The notes beneath the pieces were generated by a model. It was not told the DNA's origin. It saw only the letters and a program-made list of their open reading frames with translations, and did not search any database. A stretch of DNA of 64,000 nucleotides from Nitrospirota bacterium (lineage in GTDB: Bacteria > Nitrospirota > Nitrospiria > Nitrospirales > NS-4): positions 6,092-70,091 of the forward strand of contig SCTG01000015.1 in NCBI GenBank assembly GCA_004298335.1, written 5' to 3'. Made by a program: the position numbers and the translations under genes. This document shows positions 1-13,817 of this stretch, one piece after another; position 1 is the first letter of the stretch; every line of letters begins with the position of its first letter.

Positions 1-1
1 G

Positions 2-940
2 GACGCCTCGCCGTCGGACCGGCGGCTGACCGAAGTCAACGCGGGCACCTACGTGGTCGAGGGGGAGTTCCTGTTTTCGGCGCTGGCGGCGCTCAAGCCG
101 GCGAACGCGCAGAAGGAGTATTACCTGACCGACATCGTGGAGGCGGCGATCCGGCAGGGGAAGAAAGTGACGGCCTCCATCGCCTCCAATCCCATCGAAG
201 CGCTGGGCATCAACACGCGGGCCGAGATGGCCGAGGCCGAACGGGTGCTCCGCGGCCGTATCCGGAAGCGGCTGATGGACGCGGGCGCGACCTTTCTGGC
301 GCCCGAGACGAGCTTCGTGGACGAGAGCGTGAAAGTCGGGCGCGACTCCGTCGTGCATCCGCATGTCACGCTGGAGGGCCGGACGATCATCGGGGAAGAC
401 TGCGTGATCCGCTCCCACAGCCGGCTCGTGGAGAGCGTGCTCGGCGACGGCGTCACCGTCCTGGACGGCTGCGTCATCGAAGGCAGCCGCCTGGAAGAAG
501 GGTGCCGCGTCGGTCCGTTCGCGCACCTGCGGCCCGGCACGATCGTCAGGCGCAACGCCCGGGTGGGCAATTTCGTGGAACTGAAAAAAACGGAGCTCGG
601 CGAGGGCTCCAAGGCCAACCACCTCAGCTATCTCGGCGACGCGCGGATCGGCAAGCGGGTGAACGTCGGCGCCGGCACCATCACGTGCAACTACGACGGG
701 ATCAACAAGCACCAGACGGTGATCGACGACGACGTGTTCATCGGGAGCGACGTGTCGCTGGTTGCGCCGGTGAAGGTGGGCAAGGGCGCCGTGATCGGGG
801 CGGGCTCGGTCGTCACGCAGGACGTGGCGGCGGACGCGCTCGCGCTCGGGCGGGCCCGGCAGGTGGTCAAGCCGGGGTGGGTCAAGGGCTGGCGGGAGAA
901 GGCGAAGAAGGTTTCCTCCCACTCGAAGGGGAAGCACTAG
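2..940 (+). CDS. glmU: GlcNAc-1-P uridyltransferase / GlcN-1-P acetyltransferase, C-terminal part (5' end outside window)
   Basis: Frame is open from the window edge. Translation shows hexapeptide-repeat beta-helix text (IGEDCVIRSHSRL, VGNFVELKKT, ANHLSYLGDA, TITCNYDG). It sits 6 nt upstream of glmS. Confidence 0.9.
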   Translation, partial: DASPSDRRLTEVNAGTYVVEGEFLFSALAALKPANAQKEYYLTDIVEAAIRQGKKVTASIASNPIEALGINTRAEMAEAERVLRGRIRKRLMDAGATFLAPETSFVDESVKVGRDSVVHPHVTLEGRTIIGEDCVIRSHSRLVESVLGDGVTVLDGCVIEGSRLEEGCRVGPFAHLRPGTIVRRNARVGNFVELKKTELGEGSKANHLSYLGDARIGKRVNVGAGTITCNYDGINKHQTVIDDDVFIGSDVSLVAPVKVGKGAVIGAGSVVTQDVAADALALGRARQVVKPGWVKGWREKAKKVSSHSKGKH

Positions 941-946
941 ACGGCC

Positions 947-2776
<1,830 letters not shown>

Positions 2777-2781
2777 TGGGT

Positions 2782-2813
2782 ACGGGAGGGGCGTCTGCGG
2801 GGCCCCCTCCCGT
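2782..2813 (+). terminator. GC-rich hairpin after glmS (possible terminator or attenuator, no T-tract)
   Basis: ACGGGAGGGG (2782-2791) pairs perfectly with CCCCTCCCGT (2804-2813) around a 12-nt loop. It lies between the glmS stop and the gatC start. Confidence 0.3.
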
Positions 2814-2827
2814 CTAGTGGAGAACGT

Positions 2828-3121
2828 ATGGAGATCCGCAAGGAACAGGTCGAGCATGTGGCGAAGCTGGCGCGGCTGGAGGTCAGCGAGGACGAGAAGA
2901 CGACCTTCGCCCGGCAGCTCAGCGGGATCCTGACGCATATCGACCAGCTCAAGGAGCTCGACACGGCGGGCGTGGAACCGACCGCGACCGTGCTCCCGAC
3001 CGACAACGTGTTCCGCGACGACGAGGTGCGGCCGTCGCTGTCGCAGGAGCAGGCGCTGGCCAACGCGCCGGACCAGGCGGACGGCTTCTTCCGCGTGCCG
3101 AAGATTCTGGAAGACCGCTAA
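2828..3121 (+). CDS. gatC: Asp/Glu-tRNA(Asn/Gln) amidotransferase subunit C
   Basis: 97 aa. Begins MEIRKEQVEHVAKLARLEVSEDE, a typical GatC N-terminus. Operon context with gatA and gatB. Confidence 0.9.
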   Translation: MEIRKEQVEHVAKLARLEVSEDEKTTFARQLSGILTHIDQLKELDTAGVEPTATVLPTDNVFRDDEVRPSLSQEQALANAPDQADGFFRVPKILEDR

Positions 3122-3140
3122 CCGAGGATAGAGACCAACG

Positions 3141-3491
3141 ATGTTTCGACAAATGCTGCGATCGAAGATTCACCGGGCGACGGTCACCGACGCCTGCCTG
3201 GAATATGAGGGGAGCCTGACCGTGGACGAGACCCTGCTGGAGGCGGCCGGCATCCTGCCGTACGAGGCCGTGGTCATCTCCAACCTCAACAACGGGGAGC
3301 GGTTCACGACCTACGTCATCCCCGGCGCGCGCGGGAGCGGCATGATTTCGCTGAACGGCCCCACGGCCCGCAAGGGCGCCATCGCGGACAAGATCATCGT
3401 CTTCTGCTACGAGTTCTACAACGAGGACGAGATCAAGCGGCACGAGCCCAAGATCATCAAAGTGGACGAGAAGAACAGGATAGTCGCCTGA
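3141..3491 (+). CDS. panD: Aspartate 1-decarboxylase proenzyme
   Basis: 116 aa. [29 protein letters not shown] contains the self-processing Gly-Ser site. Length is typical of PanD. Confidence 0.93.
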   Translation: MFRQMLRSKIHRATVTDACLEYEGSLTVDETLLEAAGILPYEAVVISNLNNGERFTTYVIPGARGSGMISLNGPTARKGAIADKIIVFCYEFYNEDEIKRHEPKIIKVDEKNRIVA

Positions 3492-4954
3492 TGTCGCTGC
3501 GGAAACTGACGCTCTTCGAGCTCAAGGACAAGTTCACCAAGGGGGAGGTGTCCGCCGCCGAGATCGTGAAGGCCTATTTCCAGCGCATCACCGTCGTCGA
3601 ATCCAAGGTCAAGGCCTACATCACGCCGGCGAAGAAGGACGCGCTGCTGAAGGAGGCCGATGATCTCGATTACAAGCTGCGCGGCTGGCGGAAGATCGCG
3701 CCCCTGATGGCCATGCCGATCGCGGTCAAGGACAACATCTGCACGGAGGGCGTCAAGACGACCTGCGGCTCCCGCATGCTGGAGAACTTCGTGCCGTCCT
3801 ACGATGCGACGGTGGTCTCGCGCCTGAGGGAGCAGGGGTACTTCTTGATCGGCAAGACGAACCTGGACGAGTTTGCGATGGGCTCCTCGACCGAGAACTC
3901 GGCCTTCGGCCCGACGCGGAACCCCTGGAACCTGGCCTGCATCCCGGGCGGCTCCAGCGGCGGCTCCGCCGCGGCCGTGGCCGCCGACCTCTGCGCGGCG
4001 GCGCTGGGCTCGGACACCGGCGGCTCGATCCGGCAGCCGGCCGCCTGCTGCGGCGTGGTGGGGCTCAAGCCCACCTACGGCCGGGTGTCGCGCTACGGGC
4101 TGGTCGCCTTCGCCTCGTCGCTCGACCAGATCGGCCCGATCACGAAGGACGTGCGGGACGCGGCCCTGATGCTGCAGCTCATCGCGGGGCACGATCCGCT
4201 GGACTCCACGTCGGCCGATGTGCCGGTGCCGGACTACCAGAAGGCGCTCAAGTTCACCATGCGCGGGATGAAGGTCGGCGTGCCGCTGGAGTTCTTCGCC
4301 GAGGGGCTCGACCCGGAGGTGGAACTCGCGGTGCGGACGGCGATCATCAAGATGCAGGAGCTCAAGGCCGAGATCAGGGAGATCTCGCTTCCGATGACGA
4401 CGTATGCCGTCGCGACGTACTACCTGATCGCCACGGCGGAGGCGTCCTCCAACCTCGCCCGGTATGACGGGGTGAAATACGGGTACCGGGCCGCGAAGGA
4501 GAAGGGCCTGCTGGAGACATACATGAAGACCCGGCAGGAGGGATTTGGCCCGGAGGTGAAGCGGCGCATCATGCTCGGCACCTACGCGCTCTCGGCCGGC
4601 TACTACGACGCCTACTACGGCAAGGCGCAGTCCGTCCGCACGCTGATCAAGCGCGACTTCGACGAGGCGTTCAAGGATGTCGACATGATCGTCACGCCCA
4701 CGATGCCGACGCCGGCCTTCAAGCTCGGCGAGAAGGTGCAGGACCCGTTGCAGATGTACCTGTCGGACATCTACACGATCTCGGTGAACCTGGCCGGGGT
4801 GCCCGCGATCGTGCTGCCCTGCGGGTTCAGCAGCGGGAAGCTGCCCATCGGCCTGCAGATCATCGGGCGCCCGTTTGAGGAGGAGAAGATCATCCGGGCG
4901 GCGTATGCCTACGAGCAGGCGACGGACTGGCACAAGAAACGGCCGACATTGTAG
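3491..4954 (+). CDS. gatA: Asp/Glu-tRNA amidotransferase subunit A
   Basis: 487 aa with the amidase signature ([13 protein letters not shown]...[12 protein letters not shown]). Its start shares one base with the panD stop (TGATG at 3489-3493). Confidence 0.95.
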   Translation: MSLRKLTLFELKDKFTKGEVSAAEIVKAYFQRITVVESKVKAYITPAKKDALLKEADDLDYKLRGWRKIAPLMAMPIAVKDNICTEGVKTTCGSRMLENFVPSYDATVVSRLREQGYFLIGKTNLDEFAMGSSTENSAFGPTRNPWNLACIPGGSSGGSAAAVAADLCAAALGSDTGGSIRQPAACCGVVGLKPTYGRVSRYGLVAFASSLDQIGPITKDVRDAALMLQLIAGHDPLDSTSADVPVPDYQKALKFTMRGMKVGVPLEFFAEGLDPEVELAVRTAIIKMQELKAEIREISLPMTTYAVATYYLIATAEASSNLARYDGVKYGYRAAKEKGLLETYMKTRQEGFGPEVKRRIMLGTYALSAGYYDAYYGKAQSVRTLIKRDFDEAFKDVDMIVTPTMPTPAFKLGEKVQDPLQMYLSDIYTISVNLAGVPAIVLPCGFSSGKLPIGLQIIGRPFEEEKIIRAAYAYEQATDWHKKRPTL

Positions 4955-4976
4955 AAGCGGGGTAAGGGAGGCGGAT

Positions 4977-5387
4977 ATGTTTATCGAAATTGCAGTGGGA
5001 ATCGTGGCGCTGGCGGCGGTGGTGCTGGTGGCCTTCCTCGTGCCGGTGCTGATGCAGCTCCGCAAGACGGCCGAGGAGTCGGAGCGGCTGCTCCGGCGCA
5101 TGAACGAGGACCTGCCGGTCCTGTTCCGGGAGGCGACGCAGGCGGCCCAGAACATGAACCAGGTGGCGGGCCAGATGCAGGAAGCCGCCGCCCATGCGCG
5201 GGTGCTGGGCAACGCGATCGGCGAGGTCGGGGAGACGATCAATCAGGTGCACGGACTGGTCCGTGGAGGAGCCGGCACGTTGCTGACGAACGTCGGCAGC
5301 CTGCTGGCGGGATTTCGGGCGGCGTACGGAGTGTTCACGAAAAAATCGGAATCACATCAACAGGGAGGTTCTTCCAATGGCGGCTGA
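4977..5387 (+). CDS. DUF948-like small membrane protein
   Basis: An internal ATG at 4977 is preceded by AAGGGAGG. Translation starts MFIEIAVGIVALAAVVLVAFLVPVLMQLRKTAEE: an N-terminal TM helix followed by a helical region, as in DUF948. The longer track ORF from 4875 overlaps gatA. Confidence 0.6.
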   Translation: MFIEIAVGIVALAAVVLVAFLVPVLMQLRKTAEESERLLRRMNEDLPVLFREATQAAQNMNQVAGQMQEAAAHARVLGNAIGEVGETINQVHGLVRGGAGTLLTNVGSLLAGFRAAYGVFTKKSESHQQGGSSNGG

Positions 5388-5676
5388 AGACAACGGATTT
5401 TCGTCAGGAGCGGTTGCGTTCGCGTTTCTCGCCGGGGCCATCATCGGCGTCGGCGCGGCGTTATTGTTGGCGCCCCAGTCCGGAGCGGAGACCAGGAAGT
5501 TGCTCAGGAACTACGCCGAGAAGGCCGAAGAGGAAGCGCTCGAGAAGGCCAAGGAGGCCAAGGTGGCGCTCGATAAGGCCATCGAGCAGGGCAAGCAGTT
5601 CGTCAGCGAGAAGAAGACGGTCCTGACGGCGGCCTTCGAGGCGGGCAAGGAAGCCATGCGGAAGGGCGGCGCATAA
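5377..5676 (+). CDS. YtxH-like protein
   Basis: 99 aa. Has a glycine-rich hydrophobic N-terminal segment (FLAGAIIGVGAALLLAPQSG) and then a charged helical tail, the YtxH pattern. Overlaps the DUF948 gene by 11 nt. Confidence 0.65.
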   Translation: MAAEDNGFSSGAVAFAFLAGAIIGVGAALLLAPQSGAETRKLLRNYAEKAEEEALEKAKEAKVALDKAIEQGKQFVSEKKTVLTAAFEAGKEAMRKGGA

Positions 5677-5685
5677 CGGCCGGCA

Positions 5686-7125
5686 GTGGCCTATGAAGTC
5701 GTCATCGGGCTGGAGGTGCACGCGCAGCTCCTGACCGCGTCCAAGATGTTCTGCGGCTGCGGCACGGCGTTCGGCGCCGCGCCCAACACCCAGACGTGCC
5801 CGGTGTGCCTCGGCATGCCGGGCGTCCTGCCGGTCATCAACCGCAAGGCCGTCGAGTTCGCCGTCCGCACGGGGCTCGCGCTGCACTGCACCATCGCGCC
5901 GATGAACCGGTTTGCCCGCAAGCACTACTTCTATCCGGACCTGCCGAAAAACTACCAGGTCTCGCAGTACGAGCTGCCGATCTGCGAGCACGGCTGGCTG
6001 GAGATCGGGCAGAACGGGACGAGCAAGCGCGTCCGCATCCGGCGGGCCCACCTGGAGGAGGACGCGGGCAAGAACCTCCATGCCGGGATCGCCGGGGCGT
6101 CGCACGTGGACCTGAACCGGGCCGGCACGCCGCTGCTGGAGATCGTGACCGAGCCGGACATGGGCTCGCCGGACGAGGCGGTCGCCTATCTCAAAACGCT
6201 GCGGGACATTCTGGTCTCCCAAAAGGTCTGCGACGGCAACATGGAGGAGGGGAGTTTCCGGTGCGAGCCGAACCTCTCGCTCCGCCCGGCCGGTTCGAAA
6301 GAACTCGGCACCAAGGTCGAACTCAAGAACATCAACTCTTTCAAGTTCGTGAAGGCGGCGATGGAGTACGAGATCAAGCGGCAGACGAAGGTCCTGGACG
6401 AAGGCGGGAAGGTCGTCCAGGAGACGCGGCTGTGGGACACGGAGAAGGGCGAGACGGCGGTGATGCGGAGCAAGGAAGAGGCGCACGACTATCGCTATTT
6501 TCCGGACCCCGATCTGGTTCCGCTACGAATCACGGAGGAGATGATCGCGGAGGCGCGGAAGTCTCTGCAGGAGCTGCCGGAGGCGAAACACAAGCGATTC
6601 GTCAGTGAATTCGGACTGACGGAGCAGACGGCCGCTGTGTTAACCGCAAATCCCGTCGTCGCGGACTATTTCGTAGCGTCGGTGACGGCCGTCTGCACGA
6701 GTGGGGCGTCGAAGACTGACGTCAGCCGAGACATCGCCAATTGGATCACCGTTGACCTGCCGGGCTTGGCAAAGGATTTTTGGACGCACATCCCCGCCGG
6801 TGAGATCGGAGAACTCTCAGCGCTGAAGCGAAAAGGCGAGATCAGCGGCCCGATCGTCAAGGCTGTCTTGGAGGAAAGGCTCAAGACCGGCAAGAGCGTT
6901 GCTGAAATCATCAAGGCCAAGGGGCTTGTGCAGGTCTCGGATGAGGGCGCGCTGGAGAAGATCATCGACGAGGTCATGGCCAAGAATCCGCAGCAGGTCG
7001 CGCAATACAAGAGCGGCAAGGAGGCGGTGTTCGGGTTCTTCGTCGGGCAGGTGATGAAGGCCTCCGGTGGCAAAGCTAATCCGGCCAAGGTGAACGAATT
7101 GCTGAAGAGGAAGTTAACTCAATGA
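5686..7125 (+). CDS. gatB: Asp/Glu-tRNA amidotransferase subunit B
   Basis: 479 aa with a GTG start. [15 protein letters not shown]..., the cysteine cluster CGCG...CPVCLGMPG, and a C-terminal YqeY-like tail. Confidence 0.95.
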   Translation: MAYEVVIGLEVHAQLLTASKMFCGCGTAFGAAPNTQTCPVCLGMPGVLPVINRKAVEFAVRTGLALHCTIAPMNRFARKHYFYPDLPKNYQVSQYELPICEHGWLEIGQNGTSKRVRIRRAHLEEDAGKNLHAGIAGASHVDLNRAGTPLLEIVTEPDMGSPDEAVAYLKTLRDILVSQKVCDGNMEEGSFRCEPNLSLRPAGSKELGTKVELKNINSFKFVKAAMEYEIKRQTKVLDEGGKVVQETRLWDTEKGETAVMRSKEEAHDYRYFPDPDLVPLRITEEMIAEARKSLQELPEAKHKRFVSEFGLTEQTAAVLTANPVVADYFVASVTAVCTSGASKTDVSRDIANWITVDLPGLAKDFWTHIPAGEIGELSALKRKGEISGPIVKAVLEERLKTGKSVAEIIKAKGLVQVSDEGALEKIIDEVMAKNPQQVAQYKSGKEAVFGFFVGQVMKASGGKANPAKVNELLKRKLTQ

Positions 7126-7267
7126 GGTGGGGGGCCTGTCACCGCATCACCCGGACGTGCTCAGGCCGTTTCGCCCTACAAGGCACGCAGACCGGGCTGT
7201 ACGGCCCTCCGCTCCGCCCGGGTCCCATGCGGCGCCACCCCTTCATGAATATTCCCTTGAGGGCTGA

Positions 7268-8936
<1,669 letters not shown>

Positions 8937-8940
<4 letters not shown>

Positions 8941-9827
8941 GCGCGGCCGTGTCCTACCGCTCGGGGTTCGTCGCGCTGGTGGGCCGGCCGAACGTGGGGA
9001 AGTCGACGCTCCTGAACCGCATCCTCGGCGAGAAGATCGCCATCATCTCGGACAAGCCGCAGACGACCCGGACCCGGATCCTCGGCGTCAAGCATCTGCC
9101 CGGCGCCCAGGTGGTGTTCCTCGACACGCCCGGCATTCACAAGCCCAAGTTCGAGCTCAACAAGCGCATGGTCGACGTGGCCCTGCACGTGCTCGATGAA
9201 GTGGACCTAGCCTGCTTCATGGTCGAGGCCACGGAGCCGCCGGGCCCCGGCGACCGGTTTGTGCTCGAGCGGCTCAAGGAGCGCGACGTGCCGGCGGTGC
9301 TCGTCATCAACAAGGTGGACCTGGTGAAGAAGCTGCGCCTGCTGCCGCTGATCGACGAATACAGCCGGATGCACCGGTTCGCCGAGATCGTGCCCGTCTC
9401 GGCGAAGACCGGCGACGGCGTGGATCGCCTGCTGGAGCTGGCCCTGGCCCGCATGCCGGAAGGGCCGTCCTATTTTGCGGAGGACGTGGTGACGGACCAG
9501 CCGATGCGCGTGCTCGCGGCGGAGATCATCCGGGAGAAGCTCCTGCAGAAGACGCGCGACGAGCTGCCGTTCGCGGTGGCGGTGTTCATCGACTCCTTTA
9601 AAGAAGAAGGGCGGATGGCGCGGATCAGCGCGACCGTCTACGTGGAGAAGGACTCCCAGAAGGCCATCGTGATCGGCAAGCACGGCGAGATTCTCAAGGC
9701 GGTGGGCACCCATGCCCGCATCGACATGGAAAACCTCTTCGGCATGAAGGTGTTCCTGGAGCTGTGGGTGAAGGTGAAGGCGTCCTGGCGGCAGGATGAG
9801 CGCATGCTTGTGGAGCTGGGGTACTAG
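8937..9827 (+). CDS. era: GTPase Era
   Basis: 296 aa. G1 GRPNVGKST, G3 DTPG, NKVD, and a C-terminal KH domain. GTG start overlaps the ftsB stop. Confidence 0.95.
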
Positions 9828-11249
9828 ATGGATCGTCTGGACGCCAGGAACGAGCGGCCCGACAAAGGGGCCGGAGCCACGAGGACCGCGAGCCGGTTCG
9901 ACGTGATCCTGGACTCCGTGGGCCGCCTGCTGCGCCGGGGCGCCATCGGCAACCTGGAGCGCATGGTCTCCAAGATGCACCCGGCCGACGTCGCCAAGAT
10001 GCTGCACCACTTGAACAGCGCGCAGGAGAAGCGGACCGTCTTCGAGCTGATCAAGCCGGAGGGCAACAAGGCCCAGGTGCTGAGCGAAATGGACCAGGGG
10101 GACATCGGCGAGACGCTGACCGACGTCCCGGCGGCCGACATCGCCATGCTGATCCGGGACCTGCCGGACGACGACCAGGCCTATGTCCTGACCACCATGC
10201 CGGAGGAGCGGTCCCAGGAAATCCTGAGACTGATGAAGCCGGAGGACTCGGCGGAGGTCAAGGACCTCCTGCAATACGAACCCAAGACCGCCGGCGCCAT
10301 CATGACGACGGAATATTTTTCCCTCCTGGAGGACACGACGGCGGAAGCGGCGATCCACAGGCTCCAGGGGTCCAAGGACACCGGCAACGTGTTCTACGTC
10401 TACGTCACCGACTCGACCGAGAAGCTGGTGGGCGTGCTCTCGTTGCGCCAGCTCCTGCAGGTGCCCCCGCACACCCGCCTCGGGACCATGATCAAGCGGG
10501 AGGTCATCAGCGTCGCCACCGACACCGACCAGGAGGAGGTGGCCAAGCTGGTGGCCCGCTACAACCTGCTCGCGATTCCGGTCGTGGATCGGGACAATGC
10601 TTTGGTCGGGATCATCACGGTGGACGACGTGGTGGACATCATCCACGACGCCGCCACCGAGGACATGCTGAAGATGTCCGGCACGAAGAGCGAGGAGGAG
10701 GAAGACCTCCTGCACTCGCCGGTGATCAAGTCGCTCCGTCTCCGGGTCCCGTGGCTCCTGACCAACCTGATCGGGAGCATGGTGTCGGGCATGATCCTCT
10801 GGTTCTTCCGGCACACGATCCAGGAGGTGGTGGCGCTGGTCACGTTCATCCCGGTGATCGCGGCCATGGGCGGCAACGTGGGGCTGCAATCGTCCACCCT
10901 GGTCATCCGCGGACTGGCGACCGGGCAGATCGAGCTGTCCGACGTGAGAAAGGTCTTTCTGCGCCAGGTGACGATCGGGTTTCTGATCAGCATGCTCTGC
11001 GGCGTCGTGGCGCTGGCGGCGGCCGCCATCATGCACATCAACCTGACGCTGGGTCTCGTCGTGGGCATCGCCATGGTGTTCGCGCTGGTCGTGTCCACGG
11101 CCATGGCCACGATCATGCCGGTCATCCTGAAGCGCTACGGCGTGGATCCGGCCGTGGCCGCCGGCCCGTTCGTGACCACGGCGAACGACATCACGGGGAT
11201 CGCGATCTATCTCAGCCTCGCCACGGCCGTCCTGGCCCACCTGCAATAA
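9828..11249 (+). CDS. mgtE: Magnesium transporter MgtE
   Basis: 473 aa with an MgtE N-domain, a tandem CBS region, and a C-terminal five-TM channel carrying the PFVTTANDITGI motif. Confidence 0.93.
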   Translation: MDRLDARNERPDKGAGATRTASRFDVILDSVGRLLRRGAIGNLERMVSKMHPADVAKMLHHLNSAQEKRTVFELIKPEGNKAQVLSEMDQGDIGETLTDVPAADIAMLIRDLPDDDQAYVLTTMPEERSQEILRLMKPEDSAEVKDLLQYEPKTAGAIMTTEYFSLLEDTTAEAAIHRLQGSKDTGNVFYVYVTDSTEKLVGVLSLRQLLQVPPHTRLGTMIKREVISVATDTDQEEVAKLVARYNLLAIPVVDRDNALVGIITVDDVVDIIHDAATEDMLKMSGTKSEEEEDLLHSPVIKSLRLRVPWLLTNLIGSMVSGMILWFFRHTIQEVVALVTFIPVIAAMGGNVGLQSSTLVIRGLATGQIELSDVRKVFLRQVTIGFLISMLCGVVALAAAAIMHINLTLGLVVGIAMVFALVVSTAMATIMPVILKRYGVDPAVAAGPFVTTANDITGIAIYLSLATAVLAHLQ

Positions 11250-11260
11250 GGCCGGGCCGG

Positions 11261-12097
11261 ATGTCCCTGCTCAAAACCCCCGCCGTCGTCCTCAAGAGCC
11301 GCAAGTGGGGGGACGCCGACCGGATCGTCACCTTCTTCACGTTGAAGCACGGCAAGGTCCGGGGCGTCGCCCGGGGGGCCCGGCGGATGAAGAGCCGCTT
11401 CGGCAGCTCCCTGGAGCCCTTCGTCCACTGCGACCTCGTGCTGTTCGAAAAGCCGGGCGACACCCTGTATCGCATTTCCCAGACCGACATCCGCCACGCC
11501 TTTCCGTCCATCCGGACGTCGCTCGAGGCGATCACCGGCGCGGCCCGGCTCGCCAACCTGGCAGGCGCGGTGACGGCCGACGGCGATGCGGTGCCGCGCG
11601 TGTTCCAGGCGCTGCTGGAAGGGTTGCGGGCGGTCGGGGAGAGCGGCGACCCGGTGCTCACGGCGGCCCTGTACGAGCTGGAGATCCTGCGCTTCGCGGG
11701 CTACCTGCCGCACCTGGATCGCTGCAACGCCTGCCAGCAGCGGACCAATGGCGGGACGTGGTTCTTCTCGCCGCGGGCGGGCGGCACGGTCTGCTCGGCC
11801 TGTGTCCGGCAGGAGCCCGTGCGGTGCCCATCCGTGTCGCCGGCGTGCCTGGCGTTTTTCCGCCAGGCGCTCCGCATGGAACTGGCCCTCCTGCCGCGCC
11901 TCAAGCCGACGGCGGCCATCCGCAACGAGCTGTACGACGTGATCGAACTCTACGTGGAGTGCGTGGCCGGCCGGCGCATGCCGAGGACGCATGGAGTCAC
12001 GGGAGAAGAGCGCGTCCCGGGGCGCTCGGGGTGGGCGGGTGGAAAAGTAGCGGAGAAGCGGCCCGTGTATCGATCGAGAGCGGCCGCGCATGTCTGA
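11261..12097 (+). CDS. recO: DNA repair protein RecO
   Basis: Internal ATG at 11261. MSLLKTPAVVLKSRKWGDADRIVTFFT is a RecO OB-fold N-terminus. Zinc motif CNAC...CSAC is present. The upstream part of the track ORF (from 10751) is an out-of-frame read-through of mgtE. Confidence 0.85.
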   Translation: MSLLKTPAVVLKSRKWGDADRIVTFFTLKHGKVRGVARGARRMKSRFGSSLEPFVHCDLVLFEKPGDTLYRISQTDIRHAFPSIRTSLEAITGAARLANLAGAVTADGDAVPRVFQALLEGLRAVGESGDPVLTAALYELEILRFAGYLPHLDRCNACQQRTNGGTWFFSPRAGGTVCSACVRQEPVRCPSVSPACLAFFRQALRMELALLPRLKPTAAIRNELYDVIELYVECVAGRRMPRTHGVTGEERVPGRSGWAGGKVAEKRPVYRSRAAAHV

Positions 12098-12317
12098 CCC
12101 TGTCGGGTACGGCGGCGCGATCGCGCGGTTCGCCGGCAAGGCCTTCGTGGCCTTCGGATTCATCCTGGGCACCTACGGGCTGACGGAGGGCAATGAGGCG
12201 ATCAAGCAGACGGCGCTGGGTCTGCTGGTGGCGGGCGTCCTCGCATCCGCCTACGGGGCGTACCATTGGATCAGGAATAAAGGCGTGACGACCGACCAGG
12301 GGGAAGCGGATCAGTGA
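12090..12317 (+). CDS. Small two-TM membrane protein, hypothetical
   Basis: 75 aa with two hydrophobic helices (FVAFGFILGTYGL, LLVAGVLASAYGAY). Start and stop both overlap their neighbours. No family recognised. Confidence 0.4.
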   Translation: MSDPVGYGGAIARFAGKAFVAFGFILGTYGLTEGNEAIKQTALGLLVAGVLASAYGAYHWIRNKGVTTDQGEADQ

Positions 12318-12652
12318 TGAGCGAGACGGCCGTCGAACCCAAGGACATGGCGTGGATCGAGAACGGCGTGCTCGGCATCGAGTGGAACGACGGCCACAAG
12401 GGCGTCTACCCGATCCGCTACCTCCGCCAGCATTGTCCCTGCGCGGCCTGCACGGACGAGTGGACGGGCGAGCTGCGGGTCAAGCCGGACAGCATCCCGA
12501 TGTTCATCGGGGTCCAGGACATCGAGCCGGTCGGGCGCTACGGGCTGCGGTTCCGGTGGAGCGACGGCCACGACACGGGCATCTACTCCTTTTCCATCCT
12601 GCGCGACAAGTTCTGCCGCTGCCCGCTCTGCAAGAGCGACCCAAAGAAATAG
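12314..12652 (+). CDS. DUF971 domain protein
   Basis: 112 aa. LGIEWNDGHKGVYPIRYLRQHCPCAACTDEWTG...YGLRFRWSDGHDTGIYSF matches my memory of the DUF971 pattern. Confidence 0.7.
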   Translation: MMSETAVEPKDMAWIENGVLGIEWNDGHKGVYPIRYLRQHCPCAACTDEWTGELRVKPDSIPMFIGVQDIEPVGRYGLRFRWSDGHDTGIYSFSILRDKFCRCPLCKSDPKK

Positions 12653-12660
12653 GAGGCGCC

Positions 12661-13023
12661 ATGGCTGCCCAATCTGCCTCGTCCCCGCACCTCGAGATCA
12701 CCGAGACGTTCGTGCGGCTCTATGTCTTTCTCTCCCAAACGCTCGACCGGTGCCTCGATCAAGGCCAGCGGGAATCGTTTCCGGAGAAGGAGCATCAGGC
12801 GTTCCTGACCGCGGCCCGGAACCGGATGCGGGACATGCTCGCGGTGAATCCCGTGGTCAAAAGCAAGGTCGAGGAGGAGTCCGGCCGCGTGCTGGCCCTG
12901 GCGGAATCCTACCTGAAGAAGCCCTCGAAGGACTTGGCCGCGCAGATCGCGCACGAGCGGGCGGCCTTGAAGACCAAGCTGGTCGCCTTGAGCGATCTCC
13001 TGGCCGTCTTCCGCGCCCTGTGA
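12661..13023 (+). CDS. Hypothetical helical protein
   Basis: ATG at 12661 is preceded by AGGAGG. 120 aa, all-helical-looking, no family recognised. The longer track ORF from 12352 overlaps the DUF971 gene out of frame. Confidence 0.45.
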   Translation: MAAQSASSPHLEITETFVRLYVFLSQTLDRCLDQGQRESFPEKEHQAFLTAARNRMRDMLAVNPVVKSKVEEESGRVLALAESYLKKPSKDLAAQIAHERAALKTKLVALSDLLAVFRAL

Positions 13024-13034
13024 AGTTTCCTCCC

Positions 13035-13796
13035 ATGGCTCCCCTTGTTCGCGCCGGTGTGTTCGCGGCTGCTCTGTGTGCGGCGTCCGTTGCCGTCTTC
13101 GCCGCGACCGCGCAGGAGCTGCTGGAGCAGGGGGATCGGCTGACGCAGACCGATGAGGGCTTTCCGGACTCGTTCACGCGCGCGCTCACGCTGTACGAGC
13201 AGGCGGCGTCGCTCGACCCGAAAAATCCGCTTCCGCACGTGCGGATGGCCAGGGCCTGCCTGGCGATAGGCGACTGGCTCGGCAAAGACGAACTGCGCTG
13301 GTACGAGCGGGGCGAGCAGGCCGCCGAACGGGCGCTGGCGCTGAAGGAGGACAGCGCCGAGGCGCACTTTTTCCTCGCCGCGAACCGGGGCAACGTCGTC
13401 AACCTGCGCCCGTTCTGGAAAGTCTCGCCGACGGTCATCGCCGACCTCGAGAAGCACCTCCTGCGCGCGCTGGAGCTGGACCCGCGCCATGCCCGCGCGC
13501 TGCACATGATGGGGGCGGTGCTCGACGAAACGCCGGGTCCGTTGCGTCTGCTTCTGGCCGGGAAGAAGGACCAGGTGGAAGGCTATTGGACGCGGGCCGT
13601 GGAGGCGGACGCCGGCCGGTACGCCTACATCCGGTGGAGTCTCGTCGAGTTCTATCGCGATGCGGGTCGGCCGGTCCAGGCCCGCGCGCAGGCGCAGGCC
13701 CTGCTGGCGATGGCGCATCCCGTGGACCGCCGCCTGTGGGCGGAGAAGTACCGTCCGGCGGCCGAAGCGCTGCTCAAGCATCTTGCCGCTCCGTAA
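13035..13796 (+). CDS. Secreted TPR-like protein
   Basis: Internal ATG at 13035. Signal-peptide-like MAPLVRAGVFAAALCAASVAVFAATA, then TPR-like helical repeats. Confidence 0.55.
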   Translation: MAPLVRAGVFAAALCAASVAVFAATAQELLEQGDRLTQTDEGFPDSFTRALTLYEQAASLDPKNPLPHVRMARACLAIGDWLGKDELRWYERGEQAAERALALKEDSAEAHFFLAANRGNVVNLRPFWKVSPTVIADLEKHLLRALELDPRHARALHMMGAVLDETPGPLRLLLAGKKDQVEGYWTRAVEADAGRYAYIRWSLVEFYRDAGRPVQARAQAQALLAMAHPVDRRLWAEKYRPAAEALLKHLAAP

Positions 13797-13817
13797 CAAG
13801 TTCTCTAGAATGGCCGC

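Noticed and set aside
941-946. Possible glmS ribozyme upstream of glmS
   Set aside because: Only 6 nt separate the glmU stop and the glmS start, so there is no room for a ribozyme or leader.
3416-5242. 608-aa minus-strand ORF, and similar ones at 9207-11246, 1670-2938, 7139-8569, 20018-22102 and 41963-43591
   Set aside because: All lie opposite genes with strong family signatures and have low-complexity translations. They are stop-codon-poor antisense frames of high-GC DNA.
9820-9835. Possible M-box riboswitch before mgtE
   Set aside because: mgtE starts on the nucleotide after the era stop (9827/9828), so no leader exists. The era-mgtE-recO order is treated as ordinary synteny with an inserted gene.
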